Part shown: positions 23,442 through 36,710 of the stretch, piece after piece | Numbering within the stretch: position 1 is the stretch's first letter | How the letters are laid out: each line of letters starts with the position of its first letter | Source of the DNA: Octopus vulgaris | Lineage: Eukaryota | Direction: 5' to 3' | DNA: 64,000 bases | Assembly (NCBI GenBank): GCA_951406725.2 | Contig: OX597819.1 | Location: 59,644,001 to 59,708,000, forward strand | Position numbers and translations under genes: made by a program | The notes under the pieces: model-generated | The model's database searches: none | What the model was told of the DNA's origin: nothing | Seen by the model: only the letters and a program-made list of their open reading frames with translations

Positions 23442-24297
23442 GTAAGTTCTAAAACTTCCTAATTCTTTATTTGTTTATGTACATATATCACATCTCTCCA
23501 CAGATCATTTATGCTTTGTCACCTACTTATCAACTCACCTTTTTTTTTTCACCCTTAAGCATCTAAAAGCAACAACATTTCTTAATTGTTTACCTAAGAA
23601 ATGAATAATGAATTCTCATTATATATTAATAACTAAATAAAAGTCCTTCACCAAGCCTTATCTTTTAAAGATGCTTATTTTTATTTAACACCTTCAAATA
23701 ATTGAAAACTAGTTGTATTTTACATTTATATTTTGTTTTAAACACACCTAAAGCCATGATTAAATGCTTAAAACGAAATGTATGAGTTAAAGTATAAAAC
23801 CAAGAGATATTTTCTGCTTACAGTAGCAGCATGGATTTTGATTCCCCACTTTATTTTAGCTGAGAATCCTTCTTGCAGTTGTGTTGTGATATTATTATTT
23901 TTAAATAGATGTAGAGATTCGTCGATTCGTCTTTTACGATTCATCACATTTCTCCATTTCTACACTGATAAACAAATCTTGTCACGCATGTGACAATATA
24001 GCTTATCGCTTATCCCTGCAGGGGACGGCAATATTCAATATATATATATATATATATAAGCACATGCCCACATATATATGTGAGAGAGGTGCATATTTAA
24101 ATACATTAATTTTATTATTAATATGATTTAAAGAAAAAATAACAACCATGTAGTAATGTTTTTCATTTTCGTATTTTTTAGATTTTTCCACTTTATAAAA
24201 CAATTATTCGGCATTTTTTTGGTCTGTTTTTCGTTGCTTTATTTAAATATTTAGTCTTAGGTCAATTTTACATACACACATCTCTCTCTCTCTCTCT

Positions 24298-24342
<45 letters not shown>

Positions 24343-27300
24343 TACACATATATACACACACACATACACATATATACACACACACATGCACATCTATACG
24401 TCTACGCACGAACGTTCGCATTTTGCTGTTTGTGGTCTTCAATCAAAACACTAAATTTATTTGTTCAGTTTCAATTTCCATATATGATCACAAGTTATGA
24501 TTAAACTATCGACTGTTTACATTACTCTCAAGGTGTCTCTTCACAAATACGAGTGCAATATACGTCTGTGTCGCATCCGATTTTCATTCAGCCGCCTTTG
24601 TATCGGTATTTTCCAAAGGCTTAAAAAATAATTCCCCATTGGAAACCACATTTCCGAATGTATTTAATAATTGGGGGCTTACCAGGGGCTAAGCAATAAT
24701 TCGGTAGACTTAATAAAAAAAATATAAAAGAATAAAATTAAACGTTCGTTCGCGCCGTAACTACCCCCCTCCGCCCTTCTCTAAGGACATTGCATATTTA
24801 GAACTACATTATTGAATGCGTCCCTCTCCCCTTTTGAAGACATTAGGGTTTCATTTGAGGTAGATTTTGGTTGCTATTTCTAGCAGATCGAATTACTACG
24901 TGGAAACTCTATTTATTAGTTGCAATGCTTTAATATTTTAAGCACTAGTAAATTTTCTTCATGGAAACAAGTGAAACGGTTAATAACGATTTCTTTTTTC
25001 ATCTTTGTATGAGATGAGTTCAGTAAAGGAGAATCGATCCAGTGTCTTATTGGTAGTAATTATTGTTGTTGCTTGGAAAGAAGGCGAAAAGTCGATCTGA
25101 TCGGGATTGGAAATTCCAGACTAGATTCGACGAACTACAAAATAACATAAACCAATACTGCTTACATGGTGATTATTTCTTTTGGTTAAATTACAAGGCC
25201 AAATTTTATGGGGCGCTATCAAGTTTATTGCAGATAAATTCTTTTAAACCACACACCTTACCGTCTTAAAAAGAATAAAGGGACACATTAGATATGCATT
25301 GTCTGAAAATAGAGGGCGAGGATTATGCTTGGAACGCTTTGATCATACATTTTTTTCCCTTTTTTGCCTGATTATGGCTGTCCTGGTGTTAAACAACTTC
25401 AGAAGACAATGTCGATTCACTAGAATTGGATCAGCGCAGAAAATTAAACACTGAAATTAAATACTTCTATATTTAGCTCAGATGATAATAATATCATCCC
25501 CTTACCTTGTTTTGAAGCTCTCCCTGCATTTCGTCGTTCCCCTTGTGTCAACTAAAAGAACCGATTATTATTATTATTCTTCACAATGTTTTTCTTAATG
25601 TAAACCCCTTGTGGTTAATAAAGAAATCATTCTTATTATTAACCGTTCGTATTGTCCCTGTGAAATGCATACCACAGCTCCTACTACATTTTCATTTATA
25701 TAAATAAAGCATTGTGCTTATATAATAAAATTATTATTATTATTTAAAAGTTAAAAAAAAAAGGGTTGAAAGGCCTTTATGCTTTTATATTTACAATTAG
25801 CAGTGTTCGATTGTTGATAATAAAAACAAGCTTTGATCAGTGAATGTCTGTACCCATAATTTTCAGCTTTCTCTTCCCTTTTCTTTCTTCCTTTGGTTTT
25901 AAGGAACCGATTGGTTGGTGAACGATTCGATTCCTCTGATCTTAAAATATATATTGTCTACCAGTTTTCTGTATTCCACTAATCTGAAAATGTTTGGCAT
26001 TGATCCTTGAAATGAAAGTTAAATATGTTCCTTTAGCCTATTTTCGCTGACACTTTATTAATTACTTAAAACATTAATTGCTGTTTATGAACCCAAACTT
26101 GTTTGTGTGTTCCATGTATGCCTGTTCAGATAACAAATTTCGGATTGAGCATCTCTCTCTCACGCTAAGAACTAAGAATTATGTTAAATCAACTGCGTAG
26201 TCCTAAAACTGTTTTGTTTTCGTAATGTATCGGTTATTTATCAAGTCGGTATATATGCTATATATATATATATATGTGTATGTGTACAAACAGTCAGACT
26301 AAGTGTGTATTGAATAATGTAAAATTATAAATATACATCCGTCACGCGTGTGTGGAGACGTGTCTAAGTAAATCCAGTTAGTTTTTAACTATGTTAATCT
26401 CTAGTATTTTTGACTAAGCAATTATGCCAATAAATCATGAAGATAAGCTAATTTAGATGCTTATATTAAGTAAACTTGTTTGAGGTTTGCTACTAACATA
26501 ATCAGTAACGTAACATTTTAAATTCGTCATACATATATATGTATATATGAGTGTCTGAAATCCTGAGTTGTCTGATACTGTGATTATACCGGTAATTGTG
26601 TGTGTCTGTATATTTGTAGATTATAAATTATAATCTGTACACGATTGCGTAATTCTTTTTGTTCCACTTAAGTCATTTCTCTTGAACTGTATGTATACAG
26701 CCATGCAATGTTTGGTCTTCAGTAATAAAAGAATTACTTCAAATAAGAAACATAAGGGTTCTTTTGGAGGCCTTAGATTCATCAGTTTCATCTCAATTTT
26801 TCTAAAATATTGATTTCTTTTATAGGCACAAGTATTCAAATTTAGGCCAAGGTTAGTCGATGAAATCGACATAGGACCTAACTCTGGTACATAATATTTT
26901 ATCAATCCTGGAAGAAGGAAAAACAGCATTGATTTCGTCAATATTTGAACTCAAAACGTTAATTAATACATGGCATTCTGTCCGATGATCCTGCCAATCC
27001 TTTAGCCTCAGTTTCTTAAAAATATTAGCCAATAATATATGTGCTATTCTTATTGAAGAGACCTGTATTGATTTTATCAAACTTCAGGAATAAAACGCCC
27101 GGTTCAGTTTTGACAGGATTTGAACTAAGAATTGTATATATGACTACTTGTCACTTTCGCTGATCAAGATCGTTGGTAGTTGTCGTTATGTGGTCCTAGT
27201 TTGCCTGTTTGACTAGAACTGTGGTATGTTGGTAGATGATCTAGCAAAAGCATTTCACCTACATGTCTGACTGTGGACATCTCATCTCTAATGGAAGCAC

Positions 27301-27541
27301 TAAGATTTAGAACTTAAAACACTGTCTTCTTTTTAAAGACTTGTAAGTTTGTTGGTGTGGTGGTGATGAGAGATTTGGCTGCTGTATTGAACTGTTCTCA
27401 TGAGAAATTTTCAACCAAGATATAGCAGATAGGATCTTTCAAAACTTTTTCACGTATATTCTTATCTTGAAATGTTTTATATGACAGCTACTATTCAGAC
27501 TTAAATATACTATATGAAAATATAGCATATTTAAACTTGTG

Positions 27542-27572
<31 letters not shown>

Positions 27573-30500
27573 TTATAACCATACTCATCTTGTCCTACTT
27601 ATTTTCTGGTTTTGGCTGTGGAACGTGCCCTAGATGTTTAGAGTTTTTTATAAGAAAATTTGCTAGCCATCTTAACTTCATTCCATGTGTTGTTATTTTG
27701 TTTTTCAGGTGCTTTTATTATCCACTAGCACTCTGGATACCAGTGCCAACTCCACCTTATATCTCTGAATGTGCAGCACTTAAAATGAGTTTCAGTAGTC
27801 TACTGAAATTAAATATTTCCTTGCTACTTGATGTAGTTTGGGTTTTAATAAACTTAATTTCACCCACTTACTTAAGAAAAAAGCTCTACTTAAATTCACT
27901 GCACTAAATAAAATATGTGGTAATGCAAAAAGGATGATTTTATTGGTAGTTTGCAGTCAGATCTATTGCAATTAAGTGTTTAGGAATGATTAATGTGTCT
28001 AGCACTTTAAACATGTGGGGTGTTACACAATTTGCCCTGCATTCAGTGCTTGGGTATCAGTAGAGATGAATTGGTGCAGGATGGTTGTTTTCTTGGTTTT
28101 TACCAGTGAAATAGCTGGACTAAAAGAGATGAATTGTTGCTGCAGTTTGTTTTGATTGTATGGGACCAACAATGATATTTAGGATGGACAAGAAACAAAT
28201 ATAATCTAACCTATAAAACTGAGATGGAATTATCTCCTTCATAAAGAAACCATCATTTACCAACCAATTTCAACCACTTTCCCATCACAATGTCTTCTTT
28301 ACTGCTTTTAGGATTTCTTTTCGAGTGGGTGTCAAATGGTCGACGCAATCACCTCCGGCCATTTATTCAATTTGCTTCTTTGCCTGACACACTATGGTTC
28401 ATTAGTGTTACTCATACATTGCGTGTTTGTGTTTTTTTTAATAAATAGTTGCAGAGGCCATTGTACTTTCAAACCAGTTATGATGTTTCTATAAATGGTA
28501 TCTCGCAGAGAAAATCCATCACCAATCCATCACAAAGTTACTCATTTTTGCCAGCTGATTGGATTGGAGCAACATGAAATACAGTGTTTTGCTCAAGGAC
28601 AAAATGCATCACCTGGTCCAGGAATCGAAATCACTATCTTACAATCATGAGTCCAACACCCTAACCTCTAAGTCATGTTCCTCCGCATCCTCAACATAGC
28701 AAGGACTATATCTCCAAGCCTAGTTTTGCTCTTTGAATTCAGAAAATACAACTACAACAACTACAAGTCCCTTTACATGAGTTTAAATGAGACTCACAGT
28801 GGAGTACAGTTTCAATATCAGGGATAATGCTTCAGTTACATACATAGCCATCCTAGATTCCAACCAACCAAAGGTCACTAGATAAATTAGAAGTTACTCA
28901 TAAACATACTCCAACCTCTGACCCACAAATGTGCTGTGTCTCCTCACTACCTTTTTTAGCTCTACTACAATGGTGTCTGCTTCTCTGAACTGTTTTGTCT
29001 CATGTCACTTGCACTCTGCATTCATCCCTCCTCCTCTCATGATTTATATTAAGTCCGACACAAAGGCAGTGAGCTGGTAGAATTGTTAGCATGCCAGACA
29101 AAATGCATAATGGCATTTCTTACAGCTCTTTACATTCTGCGTTCAAATTCTACCAAGGCCTACTTTACCTTTCATCGTTTTGGGGGTCAATAAAGTAAGA
29201 ACCAGTTGGGCACTGAGTTTGATGTAATTAATTGACTTCCCCCCTAAAATTGCTGGCCTTGTGCCAGAATTTTAAACCATGTTATGTCCAACTGACCCAA
29301 ATCTTGAACTGTTACTTCCCTCGTCCTTCCTCTTTGTAAAACCTCGACCTTCTAGAGGTCCCTCTCTACACATGTTTTTCTTGCAGCTGTCAACTTGCTA
29401 TACTTCAAGTGAAATATATTAATGACATCAATCTCACTAAGTCTTAGGGTTTTAACAGCCATAGGCACAACCCTTTCTTCTACACCCAAAAAGAAGAAGA
29501 AAAAAACATTTGGAAATCTTTTGATAAATTTACATCTTAAAATTAAGCATTAAATAGGTTACTTTACAAACAGAGATTGTTGAAATCAATTGAGTACTTT
29601 TTCAAGACCACATTTTTAATGAAATATGTTGTGAATAGGTGTTTTTTGCATACTGGCACACATAAAAAGCAACCAGTACACTCTGTACAGTGGTTAGCAT
29701 TAGGGTGTCCAGCTGCAGAAACCAGGCTGAAATAGACAATGGAACTTTGTGTAGCCTCTGGCCTTGCCAGCATGGAATATAGACCTTAAATGATGATGAA
29801 AATAATCAAGAATAACTTTTTCATTTGTCAGCTGGTTCTTGCATAAAATTATAATATCCAACATTAATTCAAATATGAACTTTTTAAGGTGGATGATTTC
29901 ATATTGTAAGACTAGAGGCTATTTGAAGCAGGCTGATATCGAAAGGGTTAAAATGTAAAATATTTTGAAAATAAAATTTAATTTGACTTTGTAATGTTCC
30001 ATGGCAGAAGGCAGTCGGAGTGTACTAATCTTGGCTAACCTAATGATTACTGATATTTTCAGGGCTGCAAAGTTGGATTCGAGGAATCAGAGTAGGAAGC
30101 AGTTATTGGATTTCTAGAGCTGGAGTCAGTTTTACTGACTCTTGACTTCAACTAAATGTAAAATGCATGATAATGCATTAAAATGTTCAGTTTCACAGAT
30201 ACTAACTTGAAAAAGTGATCAAATCAGATTAAGGGCTTCTGTAAAGGATCCAGTAGAAGCAACATTCTTTCTAAGAACACAATGCTATTCTTTTATTTGT
30301 TTCAGTCATTTGACTGTGGCCATGCTGGAGCACCACATTTAGTCGAACAAATCGACCCCAGGACTCATTCTTTGTAAGCCTAGTACTCATTCTATTGGTC
30401 ACTTTGGTCGAACTGCTAAGTTACGGGTACGTAAACACACCAGCATCAGATGTCAAGTGATGGTGGGGAGCACACACATATGTACAATGGGCTTCTTTCA

Positions 30501-31682
30501 GTTTCCATCTATCAGATCCACTCACTAGGCTTTGGTCGGCCTGAGGCTATAGTAGGAAACACTTGCCCAAGGTGCCACGCAGTAGGACTGAACCCTGAAC
30601 CATGTGGTTGGTAAGCAAGCCACTTACCACACAGCCACTCCTGCGTCTAGTAAATTTTACGTTTGTATTTTTAATTTTTACCTCTATTCCATCGCTTCAC
30701 CCTTTCGCATTCGGATTCCTCTGTCAAATGCAAGGCTTATTCATTTACACTATTTTGAATTAATCCTGCATTATCTCCAATCTTCAAGATTATGATGACA
30801 TGATTATTTATTTTTAGAATAACATTGTAGGGTAGATGCAAGAGGCCAGATCTGGCAGATTGAACAGAAAACAAGTAGAATTTTGGGGTTCAATATGGCT
30901 GGTTTTTGGAGATAAACTGTTCGATATTTTACGATGTAATCATTTCATTTCATGTTACATTCACACGGTGCTTTAACTTGAAAAGAAGGATTATTTGTCT
31001 AATTGAGTTTCTTTCTTTTAAAATGGTCATTTTAATTGCTTTAATCTGTTAGTTTTAACGGATGTTCTTTTTTACATTTTTGAACTGTTAAACATGTTCC
31101 TGATTTTCCTTTATAATATTTTTACAGGTTTATTTTATTTATAGCTTTTTACTTTATGACTTTTGATAAAATCAGCTTCATCTTTTTTTTCTAAGTTTTT
31201 CTTATGCTTTATTATTTAAATATATAAATATTTATTTAATTAAACCACAATAGCATGGTTGGGTGGATGATAAAAAGTAGCTTGATGCTTCATATTAGCT
31301 ATGTAAGGTGTGTGCTTTCAATCAGCTTTTTTTTTTCGCTAGTTATCTAAGTTTGTCTTGTGGTTAATTGTTTGTAACTTTAATATTTAAAAACACCACC
31401 ACTCCTAGGTATATCCTATAAACTCAAACTTTAACAGGTTAGGGTGCTTAAAATGTAGCCTGATGGTTCGTATTCTCCATGTTTGCTTTATATGGTTAGT
31501 CTAATTACAAGCAGAGGAGTCTCTCACTTGGAATTGATGGTACAATAACATTGAGGGATTGGTCAGAATTGATGCAGTTATTGATTTAGAAGTGAAAGAT
31601 TTTGTGTACAGACTCCACAACCCTGCGCACTTTCGTCTCCTGTTTGAGTGTGTGGCATTATTTCTCATAAGAGCAAAATACG

Positions 31683-31911
31683 TTAAGCCCTTAGCATTTA
31701 AACTGACCATGTCGAGCCAAAAATATTCTGCCTGTTTTATGTTCAAACTGACTAGATCCAGCCTCTCACACCTATCCTACAATGTCATTCTAAAAATAAA
31801 CAATCACATCATCGAAATCTTGAAGCTACAAGATAATGCATGAGTAATTCAAAACAACGTGACTAAATACGCATTACATCTGACGGAGTCATCTGAATGC
31901 TAAAGGGTTAA
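31683..31911. mobile_element. piggyBac-type MITE family 2 copy
   Basis: TTAA-GCCCTTAGCATT ... AATGCTAAAGGG-TTAA; same internal sequence as 46144-46357. Confidence 0.75.
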
Positions 31912-32699
31912 TATATAAATGATTTATCACATCAGTTCAAGTTTCTAAGTGTTAAGGTAAGGCATATAGATGAATGAATTGGCTCCAGCTCTGAGAAGGT
32001 TCCAGATGGTGCTTAGGTTCAATGAAAAAATAGAATGAATGAATCAACATCAGTGTTGGCACTTATTTCATTGACTGGGTGAAATAGCGAAGTCACCCCA
32101 CCCTTGTTAGATTTGGAATAGGTGTGTAGAGGTATGAAACAAAATATTGTGACTAATTCAGTCCAGTACCCAGCGGTTTCTGTCGCTCCTACCTTCCATC
32201 TTGATAGAGTTAAAGCTTATTTTTGTATGGAGGGGGAGGGGCAATGTTATTGTATAAGTTTCATCTATAGTAGCAGTAGTAGCTGCAGCAGCAGTAATAA
32301 CAGTGTGCTATAAGTTGCAAGGCAGATGTGACTGTTGCTATGTGTTATTTATCATGTCGAGAGTGCAGAATCTCCGGGCAGTCTTGTTCATGGTCAGATA
32401 TCTCCAGGTTTCGGTACTTGTTAATGTACCATTTCAAGATGCTTCGTTTCATCGTGCCTCTGAAACATAGTTAGTATTAGGGGTTCGTTTCCAGTGGTAT
32501 TTGTCAATTGAGAGCTGAAAGAATAGTAATTGGCGCAGTGGACAATTTATTGTTATGAGTTCATCGTTACAATCTCAGCTTAATTTTTTGTTTTTGTTAA
32601 TGCTGTTGGATAATGAGGAATGTTCTTCAGTTGTATATATTCTGTAATTAGAATGATACAAAGATTATTATTCTTAACAAGATTATTGTTATTCTATTA

Positions 32700-33760
32700 A
32701 CTCCTATTGTGTCCTTCTGGGTTCAATAAAATAAAGCAGCAAACTAATACAGGGGTTAGTTCAATCAACTAACACCTGTCCCCTCTAAAAAAGAAAAAAA
32801 AAAAGGAACTCCAAAAGTTGTGGCCTTGAACCTAAACTAGAAATCATTATTAATAATTATTGTTATTTAGGTGACAAACTGGCAAACTTGTTAGAGCATT
32901 GGAAAAATGTTTTCAAATATGTGTTTTGGTTCTTTACATTCTGAGTTCAAATCCTACTGAGGCCAAGTTTACTTTTCGTTCTTCTGGGGTCAGTCATTAA
33001 AATAAACTACCTGTTGAGTACTCCCCTCAACATAACTGGTCTCCTGCTTAAATTGTGAACAACTAATATTATTAATAATATTAAAACGGCAAGCTGGCAG
33101 AATCGTTAGCATGCTGGGCAAAATGCTTAGCAATATTTTATTCATCTTTATGTCCTGAGTTCAAATTCCATTGAGGTTGACTTTGCCCTTCATCCTTTCA
33201 GGGTCAATGAAATAAGTGCCAGTTGAGCACTGGGGTCAAAGTAATAGACTTACTCTCCTCTTCAAAAAAAAAAAAAAAAATTACTGGCCTTGTATCAAAA
33301 TTTGAAATCATTATTATTATTATTAGTAGTAGCAGCAGCAGCAGCAGTAGTAGTAAGACAGTGAGCTGGCAAAGTCATTAGCACACCAGACGAAATACTT
33401 TGCAGTATTTCGCTTGTTGCTACGTTTTAAATTCAAATTCCACCGGGGTCAATTAAATAAGTACCAGTTACACACTGGGGGTTGATGTAATTGACTAAAT
33501 CCCTTCCCCCAAATTTTAGGCCTTGTGTTTCCAATAGAAAGGATTATTATTATTATTGGTGGTGGTGGTAGTAGTAGATCGGCAGAATTGTTAGAATACC
33601 CCAAAATTGCCTTGCAGTGTTTTTTCTAGCTCTTTACATTATATATCCAAATCACCATGAGAACAACTTTGCCTTCCTTTCTTTCAGCTCAATTAAATTA
33701 GTACCAGTCATATTCTGATGTCAAAGCTATCAACTAAACCCCATCCTTTCAAAATTGACT
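32700..33760 (+). mobile_element. Cluster of about five head-to-tail family A SINE copies separated by (TTA)n/(TAG)n tracts
   Basis: Family A motifs repeat at ~32700, 32868, 33085, 33355 and 33578, all in the same orientation. Confidence 0.75.
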
Positions 33761-34285
33761 GTATGCTCATTTTCACCCTGCACCATGCAGAATATATTTT
33801 TATATACTTTACAACTTTGTCTATTGTACTTTAGCCTCCTTCTCCCTCAAGCACACTCCCACTAAATCAAGGGGGCTTTTTCTTTTTCCTGTTCTTTGTC
33901 TTGCAAGTTACTTGGTGACCTCACTGGTGCTGGTGCCACAAAAAAGGACACCTAGTATATAATGTAAAATGGTTGGCACGAGGAAGGGCATCCAACTGTA
34001 GAAATCTTGCCAAAGCCTATATTGGAGCCTAACACAGCTCTGCAGCTTGCCAGATCCTGTTAGACTATTCAATCTAAGCCAGCATGGAAAATGAATGTTA
34101 AATGATGATGGTGATGATCAAGACGATGTGGTGGTGGTGGTGTGTGTGATAACAAACCACCATGCAATGTGTCCTAATTCGTCTAGTCAAGGCATTTATT
34201 CACTGAGGGTACTCTACAACTAAGTTAGTTTAAACTATTACCTAGTCTCTTTTTCTCTCTCCCCTTCCTTTCTCTTTCTCTTTCC

Positions 34286-34774
34286 CAGTGGCATAGCTAA
34301 GGTAAACCGCGCCTGGGGCAAGTTGCAAAAATGTGCCCCCCCCCCCAATTACGAATTCCACAATATTATATAGTACTTGTTTGTTACAAGTAATTAATGT
34401 TTTAAAGCGATATTTTAGGAATAAATACTTTACCAGGGTTCATTTATTTGCCAGTTCGGTACAGCCTGTAATTCAAAATCATATTTTGGAATGTTTATTT
34501 TTCTGAAGCCTTTTTATTTTAACCCTTTAATGCACCAGGTTTTCCGATTGAAACAGTAAAAAACCTAATATGTGAAATGAAAAGTAATAAAAACAAAATA
34601 CAGTTGTTTTAAGTCTCATCTTTCTTGCTTTTGATGAGGTGTGCCTGGGGCACGTGATCCCCCACCCTGCTTGCCTCTCCTTCAATCGGCGCCTGGGGCA
34701 CGTGCCCCCCCCCCCCAATTGGCACCCAGGGCATGTGATCCCTCATTTGCCCTCCCCGCCTAGTTATGCTACTG
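34286..34774. mobile_element. hAT-type MITE with subterminal GCGCCTGGGGCA repeats
   Basis: TIRs CAGTGGCATAGCTA / TAGTTATGCTACTG. Degenerate 8-bp TSD CTCTTTCC / CTCTCTCT. Motif repeated at ~34309, 34642, 34690, 34722. Confidence 0.75.
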
Positions 34775-35932
34775 CTCTCTCTCACCCCTTCTTTTTACTC
34801 ATCTATCACTTATTATATCTATATGTCCTAGCCTCCAGTTTACTTTCTTTAAATTATTAAGTATTTAGTAACTATTTTCCCTAACATCTCCCTTTGTCCC
34901 TTCTGGACTACTTATACTACTCCCACTGTTACCGTTGGGCTGGCCCTCTCACTATCACACTGACTGTCTTTCTATCTAACTCTCGCTTGCCTTCCTTGTC
35001 CTACTGAGGTAGCCAAGTATCTTCTCAATAATAAGAGAGCTACTTCTGTCATACTCTAATCGCCTGGTTCCATTCTCTCTCTCAGGTGAGAGGTCCTTAT
35101 TTTGCAAGCTCACAGGTGCTGGTGTCCCATAAAATGTGCCTGTACCATGTAAAAAACACTCATGCTGGTGCTACATAGAAAGTATCCATGCCAATTCCAC
35201 ATATGAAGCATTCAGTATGCTCTGTAAAGTGGTTGATGTTAAGAAGTGCAGGCCAGCTCCTGTTAAACCATCCAACCCATGCCAGCATAGAAAACAGGCG
35301 TTAAATGATGGTAATGATGATGATGGTGTCTACAAATTAAACATTCACACATTATTGGTGCAATTTTGTTTATAGATAGATAGATATATTTTATAGTAAC
35401 CATTTCTTGATTAAGAAGACCAGAAGTTGGCCAGGCAGAACTAAGTCAATCATAGCTATGTGTTTTGTCAAACAGTCAACACACTAATTGTAACTGCATT
35501 TTAATTTTTAACCTTCAGTTTAGCAGTCATCAATATTAACCTCTCGGTGATTGTCTCATTCAAAAAGTAATTTTGTTATCAAATTTAATTCAACATTTGT
35601 GAAGTTCTCACAATAAACAAATTTCCAGAATTAAATGATTAAATTTCACACATGTGTGTGTGTGTGTAAAATTAATCATCATCATTTTACATTGACTGTT
35701 CATGCAGGCATATGAGTTGGTCAGATCTTCTCGTCTAGATTGGTTGCAGGGTAACCTCATCTAGCTCACATTTCATTTTGGCTTGGTTTCTGTGTCTGCA
35801 TTTCCTTCCTAACACCAACAGAATTTGAGAGGTAGCTTTGCCTTTATCATCCCATGTGTCTGCTGACTTGTTCACCTCCCTACAAACTGTGAAGTGTGGG
35901 TGTAAAGACATGAATAATATCATCACCATCAT

Positions 35933-36710
35933 CGGAGTGGCTGTGTGGTAAGTAGCTTGTTTACCAATCACATGGTTCCGGGTTCAGTCCCACTGTGTGG
36001 CACCTTGGGCAAGTGTCTTCTACTATAGCCTCGGGCCGACCAAAGCCTTGTGAGTGGATTTGGTAGACGGAAACTGAAAGAAGCATGTCGTATATATGTA
36101 TATATATATATGTATATGTGTGTGTGCGTGTATGTTTGTGTTTGTCCCCCTAGCATTGCTTGACAACCGATGCTGGTGTGTTTATGTCCCTGTTACTTAG
36201 CGGTTCGGCAAAAGAGACCGGTAAAATAAGTACTGGGCTTACAAAAAGAATAAGTCCCGGGGTCGAGTTGCTCGATTAAAGGCGGTGCTCCAGCATGGCC
36301 GCAGTCAAATGACTGAAACAAGTAAAAGAGTATATATATATATATATATATATAGGAGTGGGTGTGTGGTAGGTAGCTTGCTTACCAACCACATGGTTCC
36401 AGGTTCAGTCCCACTGCATGGCACCTTAGGCAAGTGTCTTCTACTATAGCCTCTGGCTGACCAAAGCCTTGTGAGTGGATTTGGTAGATGGAAACTGAAA
36501 GAAGCCCGTCATATATATATACATACATGTGTGTGTCTGTGTTTGTCCTTGACGACCGATGTTGGTGTGTTTACATCCCCGTAACCTAGCAATTTGGCAA
36601 AAGCGACAGATAGAATAAGTGCTAGACTTACAAAGAATAAGTCCTGGGGTCGATTTGTTCAACTAAAGGTGGTGCTCCAGCATGGCCATAGTAAAATGAC
36701 TGAAACAAAA
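35933..36710 (+). mobile_element. Two tandem full-length family B SINEs (35933-36331, 36354-36710)
   Basis: Two complete head-microsatellite-tail units separated by (TA)n; the first retains many CpGs and looks young. Confidence 0.85.
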
